From Podarcis vaucheri (Eukaryota): 64,000 nucleotides of DNA. The position numbers and the translations under genes were made by a program. Positions 24,410 through 38,820 of the stretch are shown in pieces; within the stretch, counting starts at the first letter, position 1; each line of letters opens with the position of its first letter. The stretch is from the NCBI GenBank assembly GCA_965113315.1, contig OZ220364.1; one strand, written 5' to 3'. The notes under the pieces were generated by a model. The model was given only the letters and a program-made list of their open reading frames with translations, ran no database searches and was not told the origin of the DNA.

Positions 24410-24930
24410 GAAGGCGGACAGCGGGCGCAGCGACTCTGCCTTCTTCTGCCCCCGCCCCCCGCCCTGCGCGTGCGCGGAGCCTCCCCGCCTCCCTCTCGCC
24501 CGCCGCTTCAGAGGTTCTGCGAGCGCCCAACCGGAGAAGCCGCGCGCGCGCATCCCCGCCTCCTGCTCCTTTCCCCTTTCGGAGGAGAAATAGAGACCGC
24601 AACGCCTAGAGCGGCGCTAGGGAGGCGACGCCTGCGATGTTGTAGGCGAGCCCGCGAGTCGGGAGCGGCGTGGGCTGGGGGGACCCGGGAAGGAGAGCTT
24701 ATATCCATGGGTTTGGGGCGGTGGCCGTATTTCTTTTCGACATCATCCTGGCCGGTTAGAGAGAGAGAGAGGCACGTGCTGGCCATCGTTTCCCTTTTTT
24801 CCTACAAAGATGCGCTTAAAAACAGCAGCCGCCAAACTCTAAAAGCGCTTTGCACAAGGCGTTGTGCCGTTCGTTCGCTTTTTTAAAACGCAGCTGCCGG
24901 TCGAGTGACAGGCACTCTGCGTATGCACAG
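24410..24930. promoter_or_regulatory. CpG island / TATA-less promoter of B3GNTL1
   Basis: Abrupt GC- and CpG-rich segment with GC boxes (CCCCGCCCCCCGCCC at ~24449-24464), an NRF1-type TGCGCGTGCGC at 24465-24475 and a CACGTG at ~24773. It sits at the 5' end of the minus-strand gene. Confidence 0.8.
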
Positions 24931-26226
24931 ATCCTTTGCGTTGTATTATTAATATTAATATATATTATTAAGCTTGGTGCTTGTTCTAACACGTATGCAA
25001 AGAGCATTCTGCACATGTTCAGAGGCACCTGGCTGGAAGTGATTGCATAGCTAATGATCACTATGCTCTATGGCAGCATCTTCGTTGCGAGTCCTGGTCC
25101 TTGCCTTGCAGGCATTTTCCCACCTGTAGCTCTGAGCTACAGAAGCTACACTGTACAAGTTATATCTGTGCTCAGCCTGAATTCACAGGTTTGTGTGCAG
25201 GGGTTTTTGCATTAACACCTGACTACTTAGACACAGGAACATCAATAGGATTTCTAATTATTCTTTCTAGTCTTGTAAGACTATGATTCCAAATCTTGCA
25301 AACATGCATGTATTTTCCTTTTATGTGTTGTGCTTCCCCTGTTTATGTCATTGACAGAATTTATTGATTTTGTTTGTTACTATGTAATGTTATTTTTCTA
25401 TTTTGCTGCAGTAAACTGCCCTGTGATCCTTGGCTGAAGGGCAGAATAGAATTGAAATAAATAAAAATAACTTGTTGCAATTTGTGTTTTCAGGCTCAAG
25501 ACTCAAACAAACACAGGGTGGCACACAGCTACACAGCACAAAATACTGTTTTAGTAAGTCTTTATTGTTTAAGTTTACTTAAATTTGCTAACTAAACAAA
25601 TACATAGATAGATTAAAGTTATCTAAAAGTATTTATTGACATTCACATAATAGTGGGTACTATACTAGGTACCTAGTAACTTTATCTGCCTAATAGCTTT
25701 TCCACTTCTTCTTTTCAGTAGGAATTCAGCTAAGTGTATTTGCACCCTGTCATAAGTTGTTTGTGCATGCATGTATTTTCTCACACTGGCTATCGGAGAG
25801 TAACATTGGCATTTGTTTTTATGACTTTTTACTTTTAGTGTTGGAAACTCTAATGGCGTGGTTGTAATCTTAAACATTACTCATTACTTTCAGCAGGAAA
25901 AAAGCCCAGGAGTAAATCTGTTGCAGAATCAGAATCCCCCCCCCCCCCCGCGCGCTTTCACTCTGAAGTTGCTGAATTTGTGTGTGATAGTAATGTTAAC
26001 TGCAAAAAGATAGAAGACAGATTCCAAAGAACCAGAAAACCAGTTCCATGAGCCCAAGCAAGCTTAAACCATGTGTGTTTTTTCTAAAACCGCCCACAGC
26101 CCCTTGTTTCCCTGCATGACAACCTACATATGAAATTGGGGTGGCAGGAGTGCTCAAAAGCATTTTGTGCTTTTGCAGAGGGGACAGCTGTTCAGTGGGG
26201 ATGGGATTGGGTTAGCACAAGTCCTT

Positions 26227-26476
26227 TCATAGAATCAAAGAATTGTAGAGTTGGAAGGGACCCTGAGGATCATCTAGCCCAACCCCCACAATGCAGGAAT
26301 TTCTCAACTAAAGCACCCATGGAAAATGGCCATCCAACCTCTGCTGAAAAACCTTCAATGAAGGAGAGTCCACCACCTCCCGAGGGACTCTGTTTCACCG
26401 GCTGTAATGGCTCTTGCTGTCAGAAAGGTCTTCCTGATATATAGTTGGAATCTCCTTTCTTGTAACTTGAATCCAT
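26227..26476 (-). mobile_element. CR1 LINE 3' fragment
   Basis: tcatagaatc...gagttggaagggaccctgaggatcatctag...cagaaaggtcttcctgat...tcttgtaacttga is reverse-homologous to 3333-3633. Confidence 0.8.
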
Positions 26477-26669
26477 TTAGCCTAAGCAGTTCTCAGGAGC
26501 CCAGCAAAAGTGCCTTAGCAGCATTAATATTGCAACATGACCTTTCATAGGCAATGTTCTACTTTATAAAATGCACAGAGTAAACTGAAGTGGTAAGTAA
26601 GACTCTTAGATACAGTGGAGCAGTACTCACATGAAGAAGGTAAAACTTAAAATAAAAGCACGCCCTGTA

Positions 26670-26895
26670 ACCAGTGTGGGGCAGTGTTTAGGGTGCTGGA
26701 CTAGAACCTAGGAGACCAAGGTGTTCAGATGCCCACTGAGCCATGAAACTCACTGTGTGACCTTGGGCCTGTCGCCTCTCAGCCTGACCTACTTTACAGC
26801 GCGATTGTGAGAATAAAATAGGGAAGTGGGTAGAACCCTGCACAACACCTTGAGCTACTTGGAGGAAAGGTGTGGTATAACAGCAATAAATAATT
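26670..26895 (+). mobile_element. Older Squam3/MIR-like SINE
   Basis: ccagtgtggggcagtg...gccatgaaactcactgtgtgaccttgggcc...ttgagctacttggaggaaagg...aataaataa. Confidence 0.6.
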
Positions 26896-28399
26896 AACCA
26901 AATCCCCACATTTCTGGGATATTGATGCGTAAATGCTATCGTTGAAAAAGGCAATACAGTTCATTCAGGAAACAGGTGGACACATGTGAGGGAAAACAGG
27001 TACACTGCGGTGTGAAGATCAATCCTTTGTCAGTTGGTTTTCCTTCTATTTCTTTAAGTTAGTCTTTCAAAGTTCTGCAAACTTTTTAAAAGTCAAGTAT
27101 AAGTGTGTGTGTTTGTGTGTGACATTAGAAGGCATGTGGGTGATAAACCCCTCATAGAATGCAGTCTGCCACAGAGAGAGAGAGATGGGGAGAAGGCTTG
27201 TAGTTTTGTCTTCTTTGTAACTCTTTTTACAGAATTTGAGCAAAGCAACCCAAAGATATCAAAACAAGCAAGGCCGCTATTAAGTTACACTGAATCTGTG
27301 GCATCTTAAATGTATTAGAATATTGTATCAGTCTCTGAACTATGTTGTTCCATTTCAGAGCTTATCAGTTACAGTTTAGCTGATTATGATGAACACGCAA
27401 ATAGTTTTAATCCTAGTTCTTCCCATTTGAAGGTTACAATGAGCTGAACTGTAGCATATCTGATAACAAAAGGAACGCTAAGTTAATGTTAAACATTGTC
27501 TCCCAAAACACCAGAAGTAGCCATCTTGTTCTTAAATGAATCATAGCAGTCGTAATACTCTATAGATGGAAACATGGCTTGTTTTCTTAGTTGTTAGTAT
27601 TAACAAATCAGTGAAACTACTAAGAGCACTCTGAGCACTATTCAGGATGTGAAAGTCTTATGGCCCCTGCTTAAGATTTGCATCAGAAAACATGAGGGTG
27701 GAGGGAGAGAAGGTATTGTCAATGAGGAACAAAGGGTGAGTGTCAAATATAAGTCACGTTGACAAAGCTGCTCTGCATATTCTGCTACTTGTCATAGAAG
27801 ACTCTTGCTTACATTGCATTGAAGTTTTAGGGTGCTAGATGTCAGTATGCTAACACTATAGCTTTTGGCAACAGGAGTTGCTGTGTGTGTTGCTGTACAC
27901 ATTCGTATTGTAGACTGGCACTCATTCACCCAGGTGTGCTTCAGTTGGTTTCTTTTTAAAGTGATCACATTGAATCATGAAGTTGGAAGGAGCCAAAAAC
28001 TCATCTACCCCAACTTCCTGTCCAAAACTAGAATTATTTGCCTAGCAGGTTTCCAACTGATCTGTGCTTTTAGAGACAACGTGCTGCAAGCAGAGAGCAG
28101 AGGTGCTGCAAGAGGCCTGTCCAAAGCTGGAGCTATAGGTGATTTGTGTAGCTTAGCCAAGACGACAAGCTTTAAAGAAAGCCCAAAAAATCCTGGGACC
28201 ATCAGCAAATTTTACCTGAAGAAAAGTCCTTCCTGACCCCTGATAATTAAGAGCACAAGCATGGACAAATTTAGTTGGTAGACTTTTCCTAAAGAAAGCC
28301 ACAATAGACCCCAAGGGTTGTAACAACTATTGTTTGGTCACGAACATCCCACTCTTGGGCAAGTGGGTAGTTGCTATGGGACTCTAGGCACTCTTGCAT

Positions 28400-29140
28400 G
28401 AGACTGAATTTCTGAGCTCAATCCAATCTGGTTTCAGGCCTAGCACTGACACACAAATTGCCTTGCTTACCCTGGTGGATGACTATGGTAGGAGGACAGT
28501 GGGAGTGTGACTCTGATAATTCTCTTAGGTTGATGCCTTCTGTACTATCGACTAGACTCTCACGGGTTTCAGGATTGGTACTGATGTGTTTCAGTGGTTC
28601 TATTCCTACCTAGAGGACAAATTTCAGAAGATGGTACTGTAATGTACTGCTGGGCCCCATGGCACTCATGCTAAGACAACCCATCATAGATATTCATCTT
28701 GTCCCTCATGCTTTTTAGTGTCTACATGAAGCCGCTGACCAAGGTCATCCAGGGATTTGAAATGAGGCGTTGTCCAGTATCCTGGTGAAACCCAGCTCCG
28801 TGTCTCTACTAGAGTCGGGTAAGGACACGGAAGTGATAAACCCATGTCCGGGATCAGTAATGGGCTGGATGAGGTCCAATAAACTTAATCTCAGGATTAA
28901 TGGTGGCTGATTACTGTTGCTGGATGATTCATCAGCCCAGGGAAGTGGTGCTAAACCAGTTCTGGATCTACTTGTAATCTTTTTAAAGGATTGTGTTCAC
29001 AGTGGTGGGGTGCTTATAGACATAGCTTTATCAGTGAAGGCCCATTATGCTCCTGTGGCATTGAGTGTCTTTTACCAGCTATGGCTGGTGTTACAACTAC
29101 AACCCAGCCTGTATAAAACAGCCTAGTTACAGTAATCCAT
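28400..29140 (+). mobile_element. Degenerate L2-type LINE RT fragment
   Basis: caatctggtttcaggcct (QSGFRP), ccctggtggatgac (LVDD), gtggttctattcctacct (WF.SYL) and tggatgaggtccaataaactt (WM..NKL), with multiple frameshifts. Confidence 0.6.
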
Positions 29141-32100
29141 GCTCAGAACATGTGAGAATGTCTTTAAAGGCTTCTTGGCATCATCCATTCCAAATACTAC
29201 TTAAATACCATAGTTAACTGTGACCAGGCAGGCATTTTCTGTTGTGAACCACCCTGGGATTTTCAGATGAAGGGTGTTATAACAATTTTTTTTTAACAAT
29301 AATAAAAGCACTGGTTTTTATTCTGCAGTTAGGATGTCCTGATTTTACTGCTCGACTGTCTTGTCTGTTTGTTGCTGTTTTTCTTTGCATTACTATTGTC
29401 CACCCTGGACATAGAAATATTGAATGGCAGGCTATCTATGTTTAAATTAAATAAACAGATGTTTCATTATTAAGGCTGCACGCTTACAATGGGAATAAGC
29501 CCTGTTGAGCTTAGTAAGACTGTTTTTAAGAAAGGTGGCACAGGATCAGGCAACACACCATCAGAAGTGTCATTTCTCCTGTTTGCTATATAACAGGAGA
29601 TTTATTTATTTTTTAGACAATCTGGAGAGATGTCACAAAAGGCAATAACAAGCTGATGCAGGCTGCTGAATTAACCTTTAATCCTATTTCCTTGCTTTTG
29701 ACAGAATCCTGTAACCACAGAAAATCAAAGCTGTAACAGAATAAATCTGTTGCTGTTCTTCGTTCTCTCCCCACCCCAGCACATGGCTCCTTTGATCTTT
29801 ATAACTTTTCAAGGGCAAGCCACTCATAATATAGTGGAAAAATAGTACTCCACATTTCTTGCATGCCTTCAAAAAATCAGTACTGTGAGATCCTGGTAAG
29901 TCTGTTAAGTAGATCCTGTATCCAGTTGTGAACAATGGTCGTTGGATTTCAGTGGGACGACAGCATGTAAATGTGTTCAGTATTGCAGCTTTAGAAACTT
30001 GCTTTTCACAGTACATTTGAGAGGTTAAACATTTTAGTGTGTAAGTACAGGAAACATCTGACAGCCTAAAAGGGGAAAGTGCTTATAGAAATAAATCATA
30101 ATCTGACAAAGGAATGTACACACAACCGGGGAGGGGGAATCTACAGTAGAATTCCACAAGACATATTGCATATGCATATTTATATGCTATACACCCAGAA
30201 AGGAATATAAGTTATTAAGAGACTTCAAAGAGTTTAAGATACTCTCACTTGGCTTGGCATTAATTAAGGGCTATAAAGATTGGAGTGCAAGTCAGAAACA
30301 TCTGATCCATATTCATCCAAAAGTAAATAATTCATACACTAGCTTGCTCAAGAACAGATTATGACTTCAACTTAAGTAATAGACATGGCACAATACAAAA
30401 CTCTGAGACAGATCCCATTGACTTCAGTGGCGCTTACTCCCAAGTAAATAGGTATAAAATTACAGCCTTAATCATCATGGTGGTTCTCACGCATGTTGTC
30501 TCTCATTCAAATTAAATTATTAACTATCAGTGCAGTATCTGTGATTTTTTAAAAAACCAAACTTTGCTCTTTCCCCCCTTCAATACAATAACTAAAATAT
30601 TTGCAGCAGAAACCAAATTAATATGAGAACAGTGCATGTGACTAAAACTGTCTCTTACAAGTAAAATTATTCTGCATGATTACAAATAATAAGTAAATAG
30701 GCAAGCAGTTTTCTATTATCGTGGATTCCAAGTGTACTAATCGTAGGTGAGAGAGGGGGCAATTTTATATCCAATTCAACTTGGAGAATATCTAACATGA
30801 ATTTTAGTTCACTTCTGTTTCTTATGGTTTATTTATTTCTTAAATGTATATCCTGACTTTGCTTGAGAAAAAGCAGGAAGCAACAATAAAGTACATATTA
30901 AAAGACAGCTGTATAAAATATATCACCAATGTCATGTTGCTGATTCAAAAGGGAATCTGGATGCAATTTTACAATCCACTGGTGTGCATTGATCTATAAA
31001 CCCTTCTGCCCAAAACTAACAAACTGGAAACTGCTACAAACTGAAGAAAGTACAGAAATCAAGAACAGAATGCAGACAGACAGGCTCACATGTTGGTACC
31101 ACACTATTAACTGGATCAGGTAACTTGAAACCCCCAAATATGGGGATGTCTTGTAAGAATCTTTTCATGGAAGCATGAGAGAGGACAAATTGCCTGCCAA
31201 TCAACCATACAGCTGCCTGCTGTTCTCTGCTATGAAGATTCTCCCCATAGGGCAGAAAGGCTAGCCAATCTGGTCCCTTTCAGCTTTATGACTCTATGGT
31301 ATCTATCTAATTTGTACCTCAAATGATAAAGGTCCTGGCAATCAAGCATCCTCTTTTTACCACTGGCTTTCTTCAGAGAAAGAGACATGGTGTCCATTCA
31401 TGCCCAAACTTGATGAAACCTCCTATGTCTATGACAATGAAGAGGAAGAGTAGAACTTTACTGTGTGTTGTAGCTGAGAGCTGGACCATGATAAATTCCC
31501 CTTCCCCCAGAATAGTCTGCAGCCGCCATCTCAATCACTAGCCTGCCCCCAAAAGCTGTGGCTTCAAGGGATCCAATGCTCTCTAGAGTAAGGAAGCTTC
31601 TCATACAGCCTTGCTGATACAACTTTGGATTTTGCTGCACACCTCTATGGCTGATCCAGGCTGCCAGTTTAAGCCAGGGATGGGTAATCTGTGGCCCTCC
31701 AGATGCTAGACTCCATTTCCAATCAGCCTCAGCAAGCATAGCCAAAAGTCAGGGATGATGAGGTTGAAGATCTAGAAGGCTATGGTGTTCCCAACCCTGG
31801 TGCAATCCCTATTTCAGGGACTAGTGACCTCTTCCCTACTCAAGGTAGACAGAAGCTGGCACATACATAGGAAATAGTGTACTTCCATGACAGACTGGGT
31901 CCATCCAGTATTGTTTACCTGTGATGTCACTAATATGGGGCCTACAGGTGCAATGGCATTTTTTGAGCCACGTCCCTTTTACTGCTCCTTTGCCATGACC
32001 ATTAATTCCCCACACCCCCAAAAGTGTACAGGGCTGAAGGAGGAAGTTAGAAGAGCAACACTTTTCCATTTCCTCTTTTCAGTTCTCTGTGTTTTTCAGC

Positions 32101-35065
32101 GCTCAGATTGGCACTTGAGCAGATGAGCAAGAGACAAAGGAGAGCAATCTGGGTCGCAGGAGAGAAGAAAGCAGTTTGACCAGGGGAGTGTCAGAAAGCG
32201 AGGAAGTGAGCACACATGCACATACACATGTAAGCTGAGTCCAGTAAGGTGTATCCCCTTGAAATTGCCCCTGCAAACTGAAATCACAAGGCACATCTGT
32301 CTCCATTAACTGAACTCTCTGAATCCGGTGCTTTGAAGCACTGTTATGGCACAAAAACATAGATCAAATGCACAAATTATTATTATTCCTCCTAATTTTT
32401 GTAAGGGATCCCCTCAAAGCCACCATTAAATCACAGGTCGTCTTTGTGCCCACATATGTGTTGTGTGATTTGTTCATTAGTTTGTTGTCAAACAAACATG
32501 AATATCATGTCAAAAACATGAATATCCGTGCAGATTTGTTCCATGGTTTTATGGTGCTGGCAAGCACTGGATCTGTGTTTGTGTGTCTGTGTGTGTGTTT
32601 ACTGTGGTGTCTCCCACTGTAAGCTTTAATCTGATGGTGGTTCTTCAGGGACCCCATACAGAACCAAGCAAATCCAAATATGCTGAATTAGAATTGTAGA
32701 GTTTGAAGGTACCCCAAGAGTCAACTAAACTAGAAGGGCCTTTGGTCAGCAAAGGGGCTTCTTGAGTTCTATGATCCCTCCCCCAATGGAATTTTTGTAC
32801 TGGAATTAAAGAAAGAAAACAGCGGGAGAAAACAAAGAGTTCTTTTCTGTATTATAAGAGTGAATCTTTTATTCACCAGCCAATCCCATTTGGGGCAAGC
32901 CCACCAAGATATACACAGAGGCATATAAAGCAGCCTGCCACAAACCTCAATTTTGAGCTCCCTTAGATATACAATTATATAACGCCAACGCTCTGAGGCT
33001 TTTACCCCTGGAAATCCCCAGACAGACCAGATGAGAACATCCCAGTTTTCTTTTGCTAGACTGTAATTCTCTTGTGAGTTGCTTCTGGGGATGAATAAAA
33101 CTAAGAGGGAGATTCTGATATCATTACATGTGGGTACATTGGCAAAGTTTAATTGATGAACATCTCCTAAATAGACATCCAGGTGTATTTAGTATTTCGC
33201 TATGGAACAGTGAGCAACTCCCACCAACATAACAACCCTACTGTTGCTTTGAGACCACTTCTTTGAAGGTGAAAGACTAGTCAATAGACCCTGATCTTAC
33301 CAGTAGCTGTTAATGCGCCTTCCCTTCCCTTCAAATTGATTCCTCCCCCCCCCATGCGTAAATTCGCTAAGAGCATGAAAATAATTCATGGGCTAATTAT
33401 CCCATTATAGATGATTATATGATTTTGGACAGTCCCTGTATCTTTTATGTCTTGGAGAGACTAGCAACCAGAGGTGCTTTTGGACGACCTGTTTGTTGAG
33501 CATTCATCCTGATTTGTTTGCAGGGAGACAATGGCTACTGTGATTGATTTGTGGGGAGGTTAAGTGACATTGCATCAAAGCAAGTTTTATCCCACGCTTT
33601 CCAGTTCGTTTCCTTCATCACTTTCCTTAATGCAGAAAGTCGTGTCTTTGGGAGAAATGACTTTTGTGCACAAGATACATTGCGTATCATTACACAATGT
33701 GAATTTGCCCCTGTGTGGTTGAATCCCACTAGGAAATAACAATAGTTCCCTAAGATGTGGAATTTGCACTCTTCTCCTCTATCCCTCCAATCTACCCTCT
33801 GCTTTACTGGAAAGCTCTCATAACTGCTTGACTTGATGAAGAAACGGTATTGGGAATGAAGGCAATAAGAGCAATTGCAGACCTATAATCTATGCTTAAC
33901 TTGTAGTTAAGAGGTGCTCAGGATGAGAGATGCCCAGGATGGAGAATGTGAAAAGTTGTAACTGTATCCTGGAACTCTATGTCATCAGGAAAGAAGGGAA
34001 GTTGTAGGTAAGAGTGGTGCTAAATTCCTAGGGCTAAGGTGGAGTTCATGTTGGATTCTGGGGTTCTGCCAAGCAGAACTCAACATAGATTTGGAATGCT
34101 GCACTGTTGTGGCATGAAGGACCTGATCTTCGCTAAGCAGAAAGCAACCTGCGCAGAGACCCTAAATGCTACAACACTTGCACACAGGGCACAAAGTCAC
34201 TGGAATGGAAATTATAATTCCCATAACAGCAAGCATATCATAATGTGCAGTAGCAGTCCGGCCTTCGCAAAAACTGGCCTGCATGATTCAGATGGGATCC
34301 TGTTCACTAGAGTTATGTTCTTTCTGCATGCCAGATAGAACTCCATTTCAGATTTGGATGCATATTCTCACCCCTTTGCATCTCACTCGCTGCTGGATAT
34401 TTTCACGCTCGCTTAGTCTGAAAAGGGAAGCATCCCTTTTTCAACTACAGAAATAAATGGACTGAGAGATCTAAAAGTAAGTGTGATTTATCAAACACCT
34501 CCAGCCAGAGCGCAAGACTTTCCTAAACAAAATATGAACTCATAATTTGTGCAAAGTAAACAAAACTACTTCCCTCCACAGACTAGCTAAGAAAACATAA
34601 AAGCGACATTGGCTTCTTGGCAACCTAAATTTTACATTGTTGTGGAGGGGGAAACAATGGCACTTTGCAGCACAAACTCGTGTAAGCAGAATGTTAGGGA
34701 CCCTGACGCATTTTTCAGGCTCCCTATATGACTATTTTCATTTACTCAGGAACTGCGGAAGGAGGAAGGAATCGTATAAAAGAAGGATAGTAGCAGAGGA
34801 AGTCGACCCTGTGCTGCTTCAATATTATGATTTCAGATGGTCAGGAGGCATAACAAAGGCTCATTTTTCTAATGCCCAGCTGAGCCAACAAGCAATGAAT
34901 GAGCAAGCTATAGTCAACAGAGCAAGTTCAGGATATCACAGAGAGTGAATCAAAGAGTGTAGACAGTGAGAAATGTGGGAGCTAGGTGTGAAATACCACA
35001 GAACTGGGAAAGAAACAGAAATAACAAATCTCAAAGAAGGCCCCCTTCTTATTAGCAAATATCGG

Positions 35066-35110
35066 AGGATGGATGGATGGATGGATGGATGGATGGATGG
35101 ATAGATAGAT
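35066..35110. repeat. (GGAT)n/(AGAT)n tetranucleotide microsatellite
   Basis: ggatggatggat...atagatagat. Confidence 0.95.
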
Positions 35111-38100
35111 ACTTGGACCCCACTGACCAACTGATTCACTGTGTCAATTATGAGTAATGGAATGGTTAGACTATTTCCATATAGCTTAGAAAACTGATGA
35201 AATTTGGTACATACATACAACCCAAGATTGCTTGATTACTAGGAATGTTGGGAAATAAGAGATTTCTGCCACAAAAGAAGGGACTATTCCAAATTGCAAA
35301 AGTACTTTAGCATGCCACAAAAAGCTGCAACTGAGTACACATGTAGGCCAAGGCAAAGTGATTATCACATAAGTCTGAAGGTGGGACATTTTTCAGCCAC
35401 CTTATTAGGGCATCCTAATTTCCATTCAGAAGATTGGAAATGGGATATGTTAACAATAACTTGAGACATTCTGTTTAATGTCCTCAGAATGGTGGGGTCC
35501 TGTGGCTCTCCAGATGTTGTTGGACTCCAACTCATATTGGTTACCCCCCCAGCATAGCCAGTGGTCAAGGGCACCTGCAGTTGGGGTTCAACATCTGGAG
35601 GGCCACACAATACATTGCCTCATAATAGAGTATTCCTGAACTTCTTCAGGTGAATGCTCATGTGTGGAACATCATGAGAACAAACTTATTGCAGATAGGT
35701 AAGCCTAGCAGCAATTTCTGTCATCATAGTGGAACTTTTGATCAGTCAGTCATGGAAGTTGCTGTGTTTTTGATCGCCCAGGTCATACATCATGTTTGTT
35801 TACCCAATGTGTGTCATGGACGTTTTGAGGATGAAAAGTGTATTATGCATGATTTCCCCAACTAGCCTGGTCAGACTTGATAGACTTGTGCACTGAAGAT
35901 CAAAAGCCATAGTAGCTGGTAAATACTGTTGCCATGTTTATCTCCAAAAATGTTCTCAAACAATCGACAACATTAGGGCTCCTTGACCCAGCATTTCAAA
36001 CGTGTCACTGACTACCTTTTGATGAACATGGAACAATACATGAAGATAAAGAAGAATGGGAGCAATTTTCTTAATCGGGATTGCATCATCGCCCAATATT
36101 TACAGAGGGAGAGCACCATTCATTCCAGGTATGTTGCTGATTTTGTGACACATAAAAGTAAAAAAGCGAGAGACAGATTGTGATGCATTCAGCAGCAACT
36201 TCCTATGTAAAATTAATACTGGCATCAGCTAGGTACGTGTACTTCCACATTTGTTACAATTTTGTGTTCCTTTTTCCAGGTCAATTCACAATCTCCTCAC
36301 AGTGCTTAGACTCCTATAGAATAACTTCGGCTGAATTGCCCTTAGACTCCACAAGTTCTGATATATGTGATGTATTTTTCGTAAATGATAGAGCCTGAAG
36401 GTACCTCAAAGGTTGCAGAGGTGGTGGGTATTCCTTTGTCTTTGTTATATTCCCCCAAGAAAATATTGGGAGCCTATCATTCTATGCTAGCTGCAGCAGT
36501 TCTCTCTGAGTTCCTACTGAGGCAAAACAGATAGTGGCTTTTATAGATTCTCAGAGTGAGCTTTGCCAAGATTGGATGCTTCCCATACAATTACTGGATA
36601 AACAATACATAGAAATCAATTCCAGGTCCAAATCGAGCCATGAAGATACCTAACGTTAAAAACAGATAATGGAAATGGAAATAACTCCCATCATCCCTGA
36701 GTGCTGACTATGCTAGCTGCAGCTGATGGGAGTCCAACAGAATCTGATGGGTTACATATTCCTTATCCCTATTCTGGGCCAACTAGAAGCCTGATCCTAT
36801 GTATGTTCATTCACACATAAGGCCCTCTTATTAACTGTGCTTATTTCCAGGCAAGTTTGTGCATAGGATTGCAGCCAAACTGTTTCCCATGGATATCTGA
36901 TGAGGGCATTAAGGCAGGTAATCTCAACCATTGACAAATATTCCCAGCACATCTGCTAGCAAGGCATACGGCAGCTTAAGTGCCAGGGTTTGGCCTCCAA
37001 GGAATTACTTGTCTCTGAGTGGCTAATTGCAAAGGATGATGGTTGGGTAAATCAGTGGGCTGAAGGTGTGTGTACAGGCACAATGTGCACTTGCAGGATA
37101 ACTTAATTATTTTGGGCATATGTGATTGGGTACAGATTTTTTTTTTATTAAGTAATATTCCAGAGTCTCAGCCCATACTCCTTTATAAGACAACCTATAA
37201 CCGTATTCCATCAGCATCCAATTTCTCCATTTAATTAGAAGATAATTAGATTCTGTGCAACACGTACGCTGGGAGGGAAGTTTCCATATCCCCCTGAAGT
37301 ACTGATGACTGATTCAGATTGTAGTCTCGCCTTTGAAATGCATTCAGGAATCCTTTAATCTCTCTTTCTCAATGGGCCATTATTTAATAGGCCATGTACC
37401 ATGGCACTACCACCCTCCATTCACCACCACCCCCTGCCATGCCTTACTTGGTAAATAACTTTGAATGAGTCACCTACTTTAATGTTAAATTAAAAATACA
37501 AGGGCAACCGATAGTGCACAGAGTGCACCTTTAAAGGTATTGATTCTTCTAAAAACATGTTCAGAGGTGAGTTCTTCATTTGCAAATAAAATTAAAACAA
37601 ACAAACAAACGTTGGCTCTACTTTCATGGCAAACTTTGACATTAAATACTTGGTTTCTATGGGTGTGCAAAGCTCCAATAGTGTTTAAGTGCCGTTCCCA
37701 CCACAGTTTTGCACTAAAAGCAGACTTCTGAAATACAGCATCCTTCATATTATCCTGTGGGTCCCGTCCCCCCATCATTTATTTAATTTACAGTATTGAT
37801 ACCTCTCCTTTCTTCCAAGGAGCTCAAGCCAGACTAACCTTACCTCATAAGGCTGTTGTACAGGTAAAATGAGGGGAGGGCAGAGAACCATGTTTGCTGC
37901 CTTCAACTCCTTGGAAGTGAAGCACAGGCATCACTAAGGGACACATTAGTAGGACCGAAAAAACATTCTAACTTGAAAAGATGAATAGTTCTATGCTCAG
38001 AGCTAAAAATTTGGAGAAGCAGTAAAAGGCAACAAGCCATCACAATGGAATGGAATGCAGCAGTAAAAGTCTGCAAAATGTAAAGTCCCCAGCAGAAAAT

Positions 38101-38649
38101 TCTCAGAGACTAGAGTTGGACGGTAACATAATATCACTGAACTCCCTTTATAGCTGGACACTGGAAGAAGGAAACAAGACTTGACAACGCTTGGAAAATA
38201 GAAATCAGCAACATTTCTGCTTCCTAGGAATCAAGTTTGGGATGCCTTGCAGGCAAAGATGTCTCCTGTGGTGAAGAACAGACCTCCCTTATGACGTCCG
38301 GTACTACGCCACAATCATTATGTTGCAATTTCCCCCCCAGAAAAATAATCCGTGTTAGTAATTTCTGCTCATGTGGTTTTTATCATGGGGCTTAGTATTT
38401 TGTAAAAAAAGGAAAAGAAAAAAAGTATCATTTAATATTTGCACAATGTAAAAACCTTTACGGTTTGCAGGCATTCATTTCACTTTTCAGCTCCGGGCTC
38501 TGCAGAGCAAGGTCTGAAGGTGAAAGCAATGTTTCAGTTGCATAGAACCAATGGGAAAATAATAATTAAAAAACAGTGAGATGGGGTGTGTAAGAACCTG
38601 GGTGGGTTTCCTTCCATCTATTTCTTGAAGAGTTTACAGTACAGCGGTA

Positions 38650-38814
38650 AGGTACCCCCTGCCCGTACGGGCCAGTCGTGACCGACTCTAGGGTTGCGCG
38701 CTCATCTCGCTTAAGAGGCCGGGAACCGGCGCCGTCCGAAGACACTTCCTGGTCACGTGGCCAGCGTGACGAAGCTGCAACTGGCAAGCCAGCACCAGTG
38801 CCGCACACGGAAAC
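38650..38814 (-). mobile_element. 5'-truncated Sauria SINE, divergent CpG-rich variant
   Basis: Homologous to the 3' half of the other two Sauria SINEs (gactctagggttgcgcgctcatctcgct...ggtcacgtggccagc...cacggaaac). 14-bp TSD ACAGTACAG(C/T)GGTA. Confidence 0.8.
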
Positions 38815-38820
38815 ACAGTA

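Noticed and set aside
24046-24886. ORFs of 120-171 aa around the B3GNTL1 promoter
   Set aside because: GC-rich or microsatellite-derived low-complexity translations with no recognisable protein.
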